From an uncultured Actinomycetes bacterium (GTDB taxonomy: Bacteria > Actinomycetota > Thermoleophilia > UBA2241): a stretch of DNA of 64,000 nucleotides. The stretch is from the NCBI GenBank assembly GCA_963709345.1, contig CAVPVX010000011.1:64001-128000 (forward strand). Reading direction: 5' to 3'. Within the stretch, counting starts at the first letter, position 1. Each line of letters starts with the position of its first letter. Under the pieces are notes generated by a model, which worked only from the letters and a program-made list of their open reading frames with translations, did not search any database and was not told where the DNA came from. The position numbers and the translations under genes were made by a program. This document shows positions 37,894 to 48,618 of the stretch, piece after piece.

Positions 37894-39093
37894 TCAGGCC
37901 CGGCTGCGCTGGGCGGCGGCGGCGCGCGCCCGCCGCCGCCGCGTGATCCACAGCCCGAGGGTGCCGGCGTAGCGCGTCAGCAGCGGGCTGCTCACGGCGG
38001 TCAGCAGCACGTAGGTGGCCGCCAGGGGCGCCAGCAGGCTCTCCGTGCCGGCGGCGACGCCGAGGCCGGCGATGACTATCGAGAACTCGCCGCGCGCTAT
38101 GAGTACCGTGCCCGCCCGGAGGCGGCCGGGCAGCGCGCTGACCTTGCGCGCCGCAATCCAACCGGTGAGCAGCTTGGTGCCCGACGTCACCATCCAGAGG
38201 ATGACGGCGACGCCGAGCACGCCCGGGATCGAGCGCACGTCGATCTGCAGGCCGAACGAGACGAAGAAGATGGCGGCGAACAGGTCGCGCAGGGGGCTCA
38301 GCAGCTCACGTGAGCGGTTGGCGATGGTGCCCGAGATGGCGAGCCCGACGAGGAACGCGACGACGCCCGCCGAGACGCTGATCAACTCCGCCGCGCCGCC
38401 GGCGATCAGCAGGAGTCCGACGACGGTGAGCAGTACCACCTCGCTCTTGGGGTGCGAGATGCGGCGGCTGAGGAAGTGCCCGTGCTTGTGCGCGAGGACG
38501 AGGGCGGCGACGGCCAGGGCGCTTGCCGCGAGCGCCAGAGCCACCGCCCGGGGCAGCCCTCCGCCGGCCAGTAGCACGGCCACGAGCGGCAGATAGGGCG
38601 CCATGGCGAGGTCCTCCATCACGAGCACCGAGAGCACCGAGGGCGTCTCGAGGTTGCCGAGCCGGCTGAAGTCGTCGAGGACCTTGGCGACGATGCTCGA
38701 CGAGGAGATGTACGTGACGCCGCCGAGCAGCATGGCGGGCAGGACGTCCCAGCCCAGCGCCAGTCCCATCAGCAGACCGGGTGGGAAGTTGAGCACCATG
38801 TCGGCGACTCCTGCGCCCAGCCCCGTGCGCAAGCTGCCCACGACGTCGTCGATCGTGTACTCCAGCCCCAGCATGAAGAGGAGGAGGATCACCGCGATCT
38901 GCGACTCGATGACGATGATGTCGGGGTCGATGTTGGGCGGCGCGACGACTCCGATGACGAGCCCCGCGAGCAGGTAGAGAGGGATGGGGGAGAAGCCGGT
39001 GCGGGCCGCCAGGCGCGCGAGCGCGGCCAGCGCCAGCAGCACGGCGCCGACCTCGAGCAGGAAGGCCGCGCCGCCTGCCGTTATGGCGAGCAC
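37894..39093 (-). CDS. CPA2 cation:proton antiporter (KhtU-like)
   Basis: SPIPLYLLAGL, LLFMLGLE, TYISSSSIVAK, LVMEDL, PLRDLFAAIFF, RGEFSIVIA. Confidence 0.9.
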   Translation of the reverse strand: MLAITAGGAAFLLEVGAVLLALAALARLAARTGFSPIPLYLLAGLVIGVVAPPNIDPDIIVIESQIAVILLLFMLGLEYTIDDVVGSLRTGLGAGVADMVLNFPPGLLMGLALGWDVLPAMLLGGVTYISSSSIVAKVLDDFSRLGNLETPSVLSVLVMEDLAMAPYLPLVAVLLAGGGLPRAVALALAASALAVAALVLAHKHGHFLSRRISHPKSEVVLLTVVGLLLIAGGAAELISVSAGVVAFLVGLAISGTIANRSRELLSPLRDLFAAIFFVSFGLQIDVRSIPGVLGVAVILWMVTSGTKLLTGWIAARKVSALPGRLRAGTVLIARGEFSIVIAGLGVAAGTESLLAPLAATYVLLTAVSSPLLTRYAGTLGLWITRRRRARAAAAQRSRA

Positions 39094-39106
39094 TCCCGCT
39101 GCTCCG

Positions 39107-39592
39107 TCAGAGGCCGCGCAACAGGGTGGCCATGGCCTCCACGCCCTTGGGGGTGCCGACGACCACGGCGACGTCGCCGGGTTGCAGGCTGAACGTGGAC
39201 GGTGGCGCCGGGACCGTCGTCTTGCCGCGGATCACGGCGACGATGGAGGCCGGCTCTTCGTCCTGGTGTTCGATGTTGTAGAGCGAGCAGCCGGAGCACT
39301 GGGAGCCTTCGCCGACCGGCAGCCAGTCGATGGCCAGGCCCTGCGTCGAGAGGCGCATCGACGTGACCTCCTCGGTCACGTGCGACTGGCCGAGGACTTC
39401 GGCCAGCGACCGCGCATCCTCTTTGGCCAGCCTGAGGATCTCGTGGCAGGCGTCGGGGTCCTCCTCGCTGCAGACGAGGACCTCGCAGCGGCCGCTGTGG
39501 TGGTTGACCACGACGACGCGTGCGCCGTCGCGGGTGGTGAAGTCGAAGCGGATGCCGACGCCGGGGAGGCGTGTCTCGTTGATGTCGCCCAT
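39107..39592 (-). CDS. K+/H+ antiporter regulatory subunit (KhtT-like, RCK_C)
   Basis: ETRLPGVGIRF N-terminus; ASIVAVIRG...PGDVAVVVGT. Confidence 0.88.
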   Translation of the reverse strand: MGDINETRLPGVGIRFDFTTRDGARVVVVNHHSGRCEVLVCSEEDPDACHEILRLAKEDARSLAEVLGQSHVTEEVTSMRLSTQGLAIDWLPVGEGSQCSGCSLYNIEHQDEEPASIVAVIRGKTTVPAPPSTFSLQPGDVAVVVGTPKGVEAMATLLRGL

Positions 39593-39695
39593 AGGTGGAG
39601 TGTACCCCAGCGGGCGCGGTCCGGGTGAGTCAGCGCAGGGTGAAGCGGCCTCGGTTGCAGGTGTCGCGCGGGGGATGCCGCCGCGGCCGCAGGCG

Positions 39696-41369
39696 CTACG
39701 GCTCCCGGCGCGGCAGGCGCCGCGGCAGCAGGGCGCCCGCCAGGGCGCCCAAAATCGCGGCGATGGCCGCCGTGTAGAAGGGCCATCTGAACGCCCCCGA
39801 GACCTCGTCCCAGAGCAGGTTCTCGAGGCGGTCCTTGAGCTCGAGCAGGGCGAGACCCTCGAGGAGGCCGACGTCGCCGCCGATGTCCTCGGCGATCGGG
39901 TGCGCCACCTTGCGCATCTCGCTCATGCCGGCGGTGGCGTCGATGGTCCGCGCCTGGTCGAGCGCCTCGATGAGGCGGTCCTTGATCGGCTGACTGACGC
40001 CCTCCTGCGCGCGCGTGAGCGCCTGGCCTTCATCCGCCGACCGGTTCACGGCGGCGCCCATCGTGTGGGCGAACACGGCCACGAGGATCGCGACGCCGAG
40101 CAGAAAGCCGAGCTGCCGCGCCGTGTTCAGCATGCCGGAGCCCGCACCCTTGACCCCGCCGGGCACGGCGCTCATTCCGGCCGCGAGGAGCGCCGGCAGG
40201 GAGAGCCCGAGGCCGGCGCCGACGAGCGCGCTGCGCCAGAGCACCGAGCTCACCGGGTCCGTGCGCGCCAGGTGCCCGAGCGCTACGAGGCCGGCGGCGG
40301 TGATCAGGGCCCCGGCGACGGCGAGCAGCCGCGGCCCGAGCCGGTCCGTGAGCCAGCCGGAGAGCGGGGTGAGGACGAGGACGGCGGCCGGCAGCACGGC
40401 GATCGCCAGGCCGGCCTTGAGCTCCGTGTAGTCCATCATCGCGACCATGTAGATGACGAGCATGAACGAGGTGCCCATCATCGCGATGTCGACGGTCATG
40501 ATGGCCGTGCTCGCGGCCGAGAAGGTGCGACCGCCGAAGAGGCGCAGGTCGAAGAGCGGGGAGGCGGCGCGCAGCTCCCACCAGACCCAGGCGGAGAGGA
40601 TGGCGGCGCCGGCGACGAACAGGCCGAGGATGGCGGCCGACGTCCAGCCCCAGTCGTTGCCCTGGATGATGGCGAGGGTGACGCAGAAGAGGCCGCCGGT
40701 GACGAGGCCGACGCCGGGCCAGTCGAGTGGCTCGTCGCCGCGCGCCTCGCCGCTTCTGCGCACCAGCGAGAGCGCGAGGATCACCCCGAGCGTCCCGACC
40801 GGCAGGTTGAACCAGAAGATCGCCGGCCAGTCCCAGCGCTCGATGAGCACGCCGCCGAGCATCGGGCCTGCGGCGGCGGCGGCCGAGCTGAGCGCGCCGA
40901 AGAGGCCGGCGGCGAAGCCCTTGCGGCCCTCCGGGAACGCCTGCAGCAGCAGGGTCAGGGCGGTGGGTACCACAGCCGCCGCCCCCACTGCCTGCACGAC
41001 GCGCCAGGCGATCAGCGCGTCGATGCCGCCGGCGCGGGCGCAGAAGTAGGAGGCGCCGGTGAAGAGCGCGAGTCCCAGCGCGAACAGCAGCCGGTGGCCG
41101 TAGCGGTCGGCGAGCCGCCCCATGGTCAGGAACAGCACGGTGAGCACCAGGTTGTAGCCGTTCATGATCCACGAGACGGAGAGCACGGAGACGCCGAAGT
41201 CCTGGATGATGCGCGGGACGGCGACGCTCATCGCGGTCGCGTCGGCGAGCGTGAGCAGGATGCCCGGCGCGAGCGCGAGGACGACGAGCCAGGGGCGCGG
41301 CGCGGCGGGGCCGGCCGGGGCGGCCGGTAGAGGAGCTCCTGGGAGCCGAGGTTCCGTACCCGATTTCAT
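39696..41369 (-). CDS. MFS transporter, DHA2/EmrB-QacA family
   Basis: GRLADRYGHR motif A, WRVVQAVGAA, GPMLGG, WPAIFWFNLPVG; about 14 TM helices. Confidence 0.9.
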   Translation of the reverse strand: MKSGTEPRLPGAPLPAAPAGPAAPRPWLVVLALAPGILLTLADATAMSVAVPRIIQDFGVSVLSVSWIMNGYNLVLTVLFLTMGRLADRYGHRLLFALGLALFTGASYFCARAGGIDALIAWRVVQAVGAAAVVPTALTLLLQAFPEGRKGFAAGLFGALSSAAAAAGPMLGGVLIERWDWPAIFWFNLPVGTLGVILALSLVRRSGEARGDEPLDWPGVGLVTGGLFCVTLAIIQGNDWGWTSAAILGLFVAGAAILSAWVWWELRAASPLFDLRLFGGRTFSAASTAIMTVDIAMMGTSFMLVIYMVAMMDYTELKAGLAIAVLPAAVLVLTPLSGWLTDRLGPRLLAVAGALITAAGLVALGHLARTDPVSSVLWRSALVGAGLGLSLPALLAAGMSAVPGGVKGAGSGMLNTARQLGFLLGVAILVAVFAHTMGAAVNRSADEGQALTRAQEGVSQPIKDRLIEALDQARTIDATAGMSEMRKVAHPIAEDIGGDVGLLEGLALLELKDRLENLLWDEVSGAFRWPFYTAAIAAILGALAGALLPRRLPRREP

Positions 41370-41395
41370 GGGCGGAGTCTACATGGTGCGCTAAG

Positions 41396-43054
41396 ATGAC
41401 CTTCATGCAGGTACGAGACGTCATGGGGGCGGTCGACCGCCTCGCCCCGTTCGTCCTCGCCGAGCCCTGGGACCATGTAGGGCTGCAGGTGGGGGCGCCG
41501 GGCGACGAGCTGGCGCCGCCGGGCGCTCCCGGCGCCGTGCCCGTCGTGCTCGTCACCCTCGAGGTGGACGACGCCGCGCTGGACGAGGCCGCGCGCCTCG
41601 GCTGCCGGCTCATCGTCGGCCACCACCCGCTCATCTTCGACCCGCTCGAGCGGCTCTCGGACGACAGCCTCGCCGGCCGCCTCGCGCTGCGCGCGGCGCG
41701 CGAGGGCGTCGCCGTGATCGCCGCGCACACCAACCTCGACAAGGCTCGCGGAGGCATCGCCGACGTGGTCGCGGCGATGCTGGGGCTCGAGGCGGCGGCG
41801 CCGCTGGCGCCGGCCGCCGCCGACTCCCTCAAGCTCGTCGGCTTCGTCCCTGCCGACGACGCCGACCTCGTGCGCAAGGCGCTCTTCGCCGCGGGCGCCG
41901 GCGTCATCGGCGAGTACGAGCACTGCTCGTGGTCGGTCGCGGGTCAGGGCACCTTCTTCGGCCGCGAGGGCACCGACCCCGCGCTCGGACGGGCCGGCCG
42001 CGACGAGAGCGTCGACGAGCTGCGCCTCGAGGTCGTGTTCCCGAGGGGGCTGCGCCGCCGCGTCACCGGCGCCTACGTGGCCGCGCACCCGTACGAGGAG
42101 CCGGCCTTCGACGTCGTGCCGCTCGAGAACGAGGTCGCGACGCTCGGCCTCGGCCGCCTCGGCGCGCTCCCGGCCGCGAGGCCGCTGGCGGCGTTCGCCG
42201 CCGAGGTCGCGGCCGTGCTGCGTCTGCCGTCTGTCCGCTTCGCCGGGGAGTCGGAGCGGCCCGTCCGGCGTGTCGCCGTGCTGCCCGGCTCGGGGGCCGA
42301 GGCCATCGCCCGCGGCGTCGCCCAGGTCGCCGACGTGCTCGTCACCGGCGACGTCAAGTACCACGAGGCGCGCGCTGCGCAGGCGCAGGGCCTGGCCCTC
42401 ATCGACGCGCCTCACGGCGTCTGCGAGCAGGAGGGCGTGCTGCGCTGGGCCGAGAAGCTGGCAGACGCGCTCGGCCCCGCCGCGAACGTCGAGACCTACA
42501 GGAATCCATTCGTGCGCCTGTGGGCGGATGCCGCCGTGACGGGCAGCGAGCCGATGCCCGAGCCGGCCGGCGCTCCTCCCGCAGCCGCCGCGGGCGCGCC
42601 GGCGAGCCCGGCGCCCGAGCCGTCCGCCGTCCGCTCCGTCAATCGCGACGACGACCGCCACCACCTCTACACGGACGGCGGCGCGCGCGGCAATCCCGGC
42701 CCTGCCGGGATCGGGGCGCGCCTTCTCACCGCCGCCGGTGACGTGGTGGAGGATCTCGCCGACTCCATCGGCACGGCGACCAACAACGTGGCCGAGTACG
42801 AGGCGCTCATCGCCGGGCTCGAGATGGCTCTGGATCGCGGCGTCGAACGCCTCGACGTGTTCCTCGACAGCGAGCTCGTCGTGCGTCAGGTGAGCGGCCA
42901 GTACAAGGTCAAGGACGCAGGCCTGAAGCCGCTGCACGCGCAGGCCTGCGCGCTCCTCAGCAAGTTCCACGAAGTCGACGTCAAGCACGTGCGGCGCGAG
43001 CAGAACGCCGCCGCCGACGCCCTCGTCAACCAGGCGATCGACGCCGCGCGCTGA
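41396..43054 (+). CDS. Nif3/YqfO-like dinuclear metal protein fused to ribonuclease HI
   Basis: WDHVGL, HHPLIF, HTNLD, PII-like insert HPYEEPAFD, TGDVKYH; C-terminal YTDGGARGNPGPAG, TNNVAEY, DSELVVRQ, REQNAAAD. Confidence 0.9.
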   Translation: MTFMQVRDVMGAVDRLAPFVLAEPWDHVGLQVGAPGDELAPPGAPGAVPVVLVTLEVDDAALDEAARLGCRLIVGHHPLIFDPLERLSDDSLAGRLALRAAREGVAVIAAHTNLDKARGGIADVVAAMLGLEAAAPLAPAAADSLKLVGFVPADDADLVRKALFAAGAGVIGEYEHCSWSVAGQGTFFGREGTDPALGRAGRDESVDELRLEVVFPRGLRRRVTGAYVAAHPYEEPAFDVVPLENEVATLGLGRLGALPAARPLAAFAAEVAAVLRLPSVRFAGESERPVRRVAVLPGSGAEAIARGVAQVADVLVTGDVKYHEARAAQAQGLALIDAPHGVCEQEGVLRWAEKLADALGPAANVETYRNPFVRLWADAAVTGSEPMPEPAGAPPAAAAGAPASPAPEPSAVRSVNRDDDRHHLYTDGGARGNPGPAGIGARLLTAAGDVVEDLADSIGTATNNVAEYEALIAGLEMALDRGVERLDVFLDSELVVRQVSGQYKVKDAGLKPLHAQACALLSKFHEVDVKHVRREQNAAADALVNQAIDAAR

Positions 43055-43088
43055 GGCGCGTCGCGGTGGGTCACCCGGACGCGCGGAC

Positions 43089-44216
43089 CTACAGCACCGT
43101 GTCGAGCGCCTCCTCGAGGTAGGCCACGGTACGGTCGGCGTCGTGGAGCTTGTCGAGGCCGAAGAGGCCCAGGCGGAAGCTCTTGTAGTCCGCCGGCTCA
43201 TCGCATTGCAGCGGCACGCCGGCGGCGATCTGGAGCCCGGCGGCGGCGAAGCGGGCGCCGCTGCGCAGGTCGTCGTCCTCGGTGTAGACGACGACCACGC
43301 TCGGCGCCTCGAAGCCGGGTGCCGCCACGCTGTTCACGCCCCTGTCGGCGAGGAGAGCACGCACCCTCGCGCCGAGCTCGGCCTGCTCGTCGCGCACCTT
43401 GGCGTATCCGTAGTCGCGGGTCTCGTGCATGACGTCGCGCAGGCGCAGCAGGCCGTCGGTGGGCATGGTCGCGTGGTAGGCGTGGCCGCCCTGCTCGTAG
43501 GCCTGCATGATCTCGAGCCACTTGCGCAGGTCGCAGGCGAAGCTGGTGCTCGTCGTCGAGCCGATCGCCGCCAGCGCCCGCTCACCCAGCATCACGAGCC
43601 CGCAGCAGGGCGACGACGTCCAGCCCTTCTGTGGGGCGCTGATCAGCACGTCGACGTCGCTGGTCTGCATGTCGACCCACATCGCTCCCGAGGCGATGCA
43701 GTCGAGCACGAACAGGCCGCCGACCTCGTGGACGGCGTCGGCGACGGCGCGCATGTAGGCGTCGGGCAGCATCATGCCCGACGACGTCTCCACGTGCGGG
43801 GCGAACACGACATCGGGGCGCTGCGCGCGGATCGCGGCGACGACCTCATCGACCGGCGCAGGCGCAAACGGCGCCTGCGGCCCTTCGTGGACGCGCCGGG
43901 CCTTCAGCACGGTCGCCTCCGACGGGATGTCGCCGGCGGCGAAGATCTGGGTCCAGCGATAGCTGAACCAGCCGTTGCGCACGACGAGACACGACCGGCC
44001 GGTCGCGAACTGGCGGGCGACCGCCTCCATGGCGAAGGTGCCGCTCCCCGGCACGATGGCCACCGCCGCGGCGCCGTAGACGGCCTTGAGCGCCGTCGAG
44101 AGGTCGTTCATGGCCGTCTGGAAGCGCGCCGACATGTGGTTCACGGAGCGGTCGGTGTAGACGACCGAGTACTCGAGAAGCCCTTCGGGATCGGTCTCGG
44201 GCAGCAGGCTGGGCAT
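43089..44216 (-). CDS. Class V PLP aminotransferase (serine/alanine-glyoxylate-like)
   Basis: LLEYSVVYTDRS, PGSGTFAMEA, HVETSSG, LDCIASG, ISAPQKGW (PLP lysine). Confidence 0.9.
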   Translation of the reverse strand: MPSLLPETDPEGLLEYSVVYTDRSVNHMSARFQTAMNDLSTALKAVYGAAAVAIVPGSGTFAMEAVARQFATGRSCLVVRNGWFSYRWTQIFAAGDIPSEATVLKARRVHEGPQAPFAPAPVDEVVAAIRAQRPDVVFAPHVETSSGMMLPDAYMRAVADAVHEVGGLFVLDCIASGAMWVDMQTSDVDVLISAPQKGWTSSPCCGLVMLGERALAAIGSTTSTSFACDLRKWLEIMQAYEQGGHAYHATMPTDGLLRLRDVMHETRDYGYAKVRDEQAELGARVRALLADRGVNSVAAPGFEAPSVVVVYTEDDDLRSGARFAAAGLQIAAGVPLQCDEPADYKSFRLGLFGLDKLHDADRTVAYLEEALDTVL

Positions 44217-44444
44217 CGGTGTCCTCCTCGGTGGACCGCGGATGAGAGCGGGCGCGGTGTCGGTCATCTGGTATGTACCAGGTGAGTGTAGAGGTTTCGT
44301 CGCGGCGAGTCCACTCGAGATCGCCGCCGTGCCGCTGCGCCGCCGCGCCCACCGGGAGGTCCGCGTGCGGCCCCGCGCCCTCACACGCCCTCGCCCGGAG
44401 GAATTGCGCGCTCCAGCCGCCCTCTGATATCATCCGCGCTTGCT

Positions 44445-44521
44445 GCGGGTGTAGCTCAGTTGGCTAGAGCGTCTGCTTGCCATGCAGAAGGTCGAGGGTT
44501 CGAGTCCCTTCACCCGCTCCA
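44445..44521 (+). tRNA. tRNA-Gly(GCC)
   Basis: GCGGGTG/CACCCGC acceptor stem, TCTGC-TTGCCAT-GCAGA anticodon arm, CCA. Confidence 0.95.
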
Positions 44522-44603
44522 ATCCCCCCTCGCGGGGCGAGGCAGAGGACAGAAGCCATGTGCTCTGTCGTCTGCCTTTCGTCGTGAGGGGCCGCGCTCG
44601 CCG

Positions 44604-44678
<75 letters not shown>

Positions 44679-44773
44679 ATGAATCTCCTGCAAATGGGCA
44701 TGTTCTCCTCTGGGCCCATTCTCGGATGTCACCGAATGCTGCCATGTGCGCCGACATGCGGCGCCCCTTGGCG

Positions 44774-45278
44774 TCATTTGATCGCGAACACCAGCTCCGC
44801 GATTCGCACCGCTGCCTCCTCCTGCATCGCCGGGATGGCATGTGAGTAGGTGTCGAGCGTGATGGCAATGGTGGCATGCCCGAGGCGCTCGGAGACGACC
44901 TTGGGGTGGATGCTGGCGCGCAGCGCCAGGGTGGCGTGCGTGTGACGCAGGTCGTGGAGGCGGATCACCGGCAGCCGTGAGCGCTTCACCGCCGCGCGGA
45001 AGAAGCGGCTCACGACCTCGGGGTGCCAGGCCTCTCCGTTCTCCTTGGTGAACACCAGCCTGGTGTCCGTCCACTTGTCGCCCTTCTCCACCTGATCGGC
45101 GAGCTGCTGGCCCGCCTGGCGCTTGAGGACCTTGACGGTCTCGGGGTCGAGAGCCACAGACCGGCGGCCTCTCGCCGTCTTCGGCTCGGAGACGACCACG
45201 ACGGCGCCGTTCGGGATCAGGGCGCGTCTCACCGAGATCCGCTCGGCCTCGAGGTCGACGTCTTCCCATCGCAGTCCC
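44774..45278 (-). pseudogene. Tyrosine integrase, C-terminal fragment
   Basis: GLRWEDVD, PKT, RLHDLRHTHAT, LGHA, LDTYSH; N-terminal domains and the first catalytic Arg are absent. Confidence 0.88.
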
Positions 45279-45294
45279 GTTCGCGCTTCAGTCT

Positions 45295-46494
45295 TCAATT
45301 CAGCATCGTGATGATCGTCGCGACTATCTCCCCATCGCGCACGACGTGGATCCCGGCGCGGCCGGCAAGCGCATCCCACGACTCTTGGTCGGTCGAGAAC
45401 TCGTACAGCTCGTCGCCAGGCTGCAGCAGGCTCTTCAGTACCTGCCAAAAAGCATGGGTGTCCGATTGGGTGACCCAAATGTGGGCGTCGACGCCCTCGG
45501 TGCCGCTTCCCGGGGCGCGCTGACTCTTCTCCGCCTCGACAACGGTGGTGCGGCGCCAGCGCGAGTAACCCGGGGGAACCGCTTCCTCCCTCGGCAGGCC
45601 GCTTTGGCTCACGTAGGAGGGCGGAAGCGGCGGGAAGGTTTCCCAGCCATCGCCTTCACCGGCGGTCCTCTGCTTGCGCTGTGAGAGTGGCGGCGCAGGA
45701 TGCCCTCCCCACCTGGCCGGCCATTCCCGCTCCCAGGCATCGCACGCGGCGTGGTGCAAAGCTTCTAGAGGGCCAAGTAGGCGGAGCACGGCGTAGTCCT
45801 CTGAGTGCCCCCACACGACGGTGCCGTTCTCGTGCCGCTCCCCGATGGAGTCGCCTCTAGCGATGATCCCTCGCCAGGTCAGGTAGTCCAGGAAGAGCCA
45901 GAGACGCAGGTCGACGAACGTCGCCATGCGCGGGAAGATTGACCGCCGGTGCAGTTCGTCGGTCATATCGGCGAGGTCGCAGCCGAGAACGACGCGGGCA
46001 TACGCCTCGCCGTCAACCGTGCTCGCATACCTCAGCAGGTCATCCAGTGAGGCCAGGTCGCGGTTGGGGCGGATCCACATGTCACGCTCGAGCTCAGCAC
46101 TGGTTCCAGACCCGGGCCCGGGGGCGAACAGGGGTAGTTCATCATTCGGAAAGAACGGGCTCGGCACGGGCACAGCGGGCGGCGCGACCGCCGGTGACGG
46201 CGGCGGAACGTGATGCTCCCAGATGAGCGTCGACAAGCAGTGGAACGGAAGCGGACTTCGGTCCACTCGGCGGACCTCACCGGCGCCGTAGCTGCGCCCC
46301 TTGCGCATGACAACTCGGCAGTCGAGGCACTTCCAGGCCGGACCGACGAGGTGGCAATAGTCGACATTCATGACGAGCCCCGGTGGATCGCCGGGTCGCC
46401 TGGCGTCGTCCGACATGCTGATCACATCGGCTACGCGCGATGAACCGCACGTGGGGCACACGCTCGGTCTGGTCTCGTGCACGTCACTCCTCAC
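45295..46494 (-). CDS. Hypothetical multidomain protein with N-terminal Cys-pair (zinc ribbon-like) motif
   Basis: CPTC...WKCLDC; GAGGAG RBS; 399-aa ORF inside the island. Confidence 0.55.
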   Translation of the reverse strand: MRSDVHETRPSVCPTCGSSRVADVISMSDDARRPGDPPGLVMNVDYCHLVGPAWKCLDCRVVMRKGRSYGAGEVRRVDRSPLPFHCLSTLIWEHHVPPPSPAVAPPAVPVPSPFFPNDELPLFAPGPGSGTSAELERDMWIRPNRDLASLDDLLRYASTVDGEAYARVVLGCDLADMTDELHRRSIFPRMATFVDLRLWLFLDYLTWRGIIARGDSIGERHENGTVVWGHSEDYAVLRLLGPLEALHHAACDAWEREWPARWGGHPAPPLSQRKQRTAGEGDGWETFPPLPPSYVSQSGLPREEAVPPGYSRWRRTTVVEAEKSQRAPGSGTEGVDAHIWVTQSDTHAFWQVLKSLLQPGDELYEFSTDQESWDALAGRAGIHVVRDGEIVATIITMLN

Positions 46495-46694
46495 GTGGGA
46501 TGGCTCGGATCGGCGCCGGGACTACTCCTCGCCGCACCACGCCAGCCACCTTGTCATCGTGGTCTTGGTCGGAAGCGACACCCCTGCGGTGACCTTGTCC
46601 GGCTCCGCAGAAGCACGCTTGCAACTCGTGGAGGCGCGAGAGAAGCCCGCATGGCCGAAGACTAGGCTGCGACGAGGTCGGGGCGCACGAGGAG

Positions 46695-47408
46695 CTAGCT
46701 CGCCATGGCTGCGGCGGCGGCCGGGGCGTCCCCAGGATCCCAAGGCAGCTCGCCGAAGAAGCGGCTTGCCGCCATCGCCATCGCCCCCACCGTGAGGTAA
46801 TTGCCTCCTGCGCCGATGCATGCACCTACCCCGAAGGGGAGAACGTTGCCGAGTGCCACGACGCCGCGGACAGTGCCGTACTTGGAGACCACCGTGCGAC
46901 CGACGGTCCCGTTGACGGCGTGCAGGACCTGCATCGGGATCCGGCGCGTCGCCTTCCTGCCCAAGCCCTTTCCGACCTCGGACGCCATTCGGTCGACGCC
47001 GGTCACGGCGCCGTTGCCGAAGACCAGCATGGCGAACAGCCAAGCCCTCCGCTCCTCGATCGAGGCCTCCCCGTGGCCGTGGATTGCTGCGATCGTCAGT
47101 AGCAGATCGACCATTCTCACGTTGATCCAGCTGAACTCCGCGACTGCCGTCGCCACGGTAGCCGGCACCATGCCAGGAGCGGCGGCGACTCCGCCGCTCA
47201 CTGCTCCGAGCGCCGCCAGCTCGCGCGCGAAAGCCCTGCGTACCTCGGCGACCCGATCTTCAGTAGTTGCTCCATCGGCCGACTCAGCGCGGGCCCTGGC
47301 CGGCTCCCATCGCGCCTCGACGCCCCAGTCGATCGCCTGGATGAGGCTGCGTCGGACAAGCTCGAGCGGTCCGCCGCTGTCCTCAGTCCCGCTGTACTCA
47401 GTAGCCAT
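46695..47408 (-). CDS. EcsC-like protein
   Basis: GGAGGT RBS; GAVSGGVAAAPG, IAAIHGH, LPFGVGACIGAGGN pattern. Confidence 0.6.
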   Translation of the reverse strand: MATEYSGTEDSGGPLELVRRSLIQAIDWGVEARWEPARARAESADGATTEDRVAEVRRAFARELAALGAVSGGVAAAPGMVPATVATAVAEFSWINVRMVDLLLTIAAIHGHGEASIEERRAWLFAMLVFGNGAVTGVDRMASEVGKGLGRKATRRIPMQVLHAVNGTVGRTVVSKYGTVRGVVALGNVLPFGVGACIGAGGNYLTVGAMAMAASRFFGELPWDPGDAPAAAAAMAS

Positions 47409-47845
47409 CGGGTACCTCCACCCGTCGGTCATTCTCAGCTCCTATGCCCAGAAGGTCGACTGTTGGATCTGGCATGCGCTGACCATGCGCCGCGCATACG
47501 CCGCATCGCGCTGGAGTGGCCTTTGTTCAGGTCGTCGGCAGCGGCCGGCTCTTGCCCTTCAACCGGACGTGCACGTGACCGTGAAGCCATCCGTCGTCGC
47601 CTTCGCTGACGGCTGGACATGCTCCTTGGCGAACCTGCTCGCGGTCTTGGCTGCTGTGAGGACGAACTCCTTGGATGGTCCGAATGGGTTGGTCATCGGG
47701 CTGCCTTTCCCTCTCTAGACGTCAGCGACAGTGCCATGTAGTATGGTGCCGCAGCGGAGAGAATGTCAAACGCGCCACTGTCACTGACATTTACCCAGAC
47801 AAGACCACATCGAGCCGGCATGGACGTGTCTGTCCGGGAGGCGCC

Positions 47846-48530
47846 ATGACAGAGAGCAACTACAGCATCAGGGAGCTCACGGACCTCGCCGACGTGAGTG
47901 AGCGCACCGTGCGGTACTACGTCACGCTCGAGCTGCTTCCGAAACCGGAGGGCCGCGGCCGCTGGAGTCACTATACGGAGGAGCATCTGAGCCGATTGAA
48001 GCTGATCCGCAGGCTTCAGGAAGGACACATGCCTCTCAGCGAGATCGGCGAGTTCATCGAGGCGCTGGATGCTCAGGAAGCCGAGGCGAAGGCCGCCCAG
48101 CGCCGCGGCTTCAGCGAGAAGCTCCGTAGAGGGAAGGGCAAGGACGAGAAGCCCAGGCAGGCGGCACCGGAGCACGAGAAGGACGAAGAGGCGCCGGAGT
48201 CCGTCAGATGAAGAGGCGCAGGAGTCCCCTTGGTGGTCGGTGGACCCGCAGGCGCTCGCCGATTCGCTGCTCCAACAAGTCAGAGGAGCCGCGGCGGGCG
48301 CAGCCGAGTTCCCTTCGCACTTCGTGCCCAAGCGGGAGCGACCCGTCCAGAGCGAGACGGCCGACGTCGGGCAGCGCACGCGGTGGGAGCACATCGTCCT
48401 CGCCCCAGGTGTGGAGCTCAACGTCAAGGTGACCCGGTCGGGCAAACAGAAGGCTGCGGTCGAGGCGCTCGTCGAGCGCGCGCGAGAGCTCTTTCCCGAG
48501 AAGGCGCCGTCGTCCGATGACCGTACGTAG
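47846..48530 (+). CDS. MerR-type HTH regulator; probable frameshift near 48200
   Basis: YSIRELTDLADVSERTVRYYVTLELLPKP...Y..EHL.RL.LIRRLQ; plausible C-terminus RWEHIVLAPGVELNV in the next frame. Confidence 0.75.
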
Positions 48531-48618
48531 GGGACTTTCGTCGTCGCGCGGCAGCACTCGACTGACCATCCCATAGGGCGGCAGAGTGGAGGGGTCTGTG
48601 AAACGGGAGCAGCATGTG

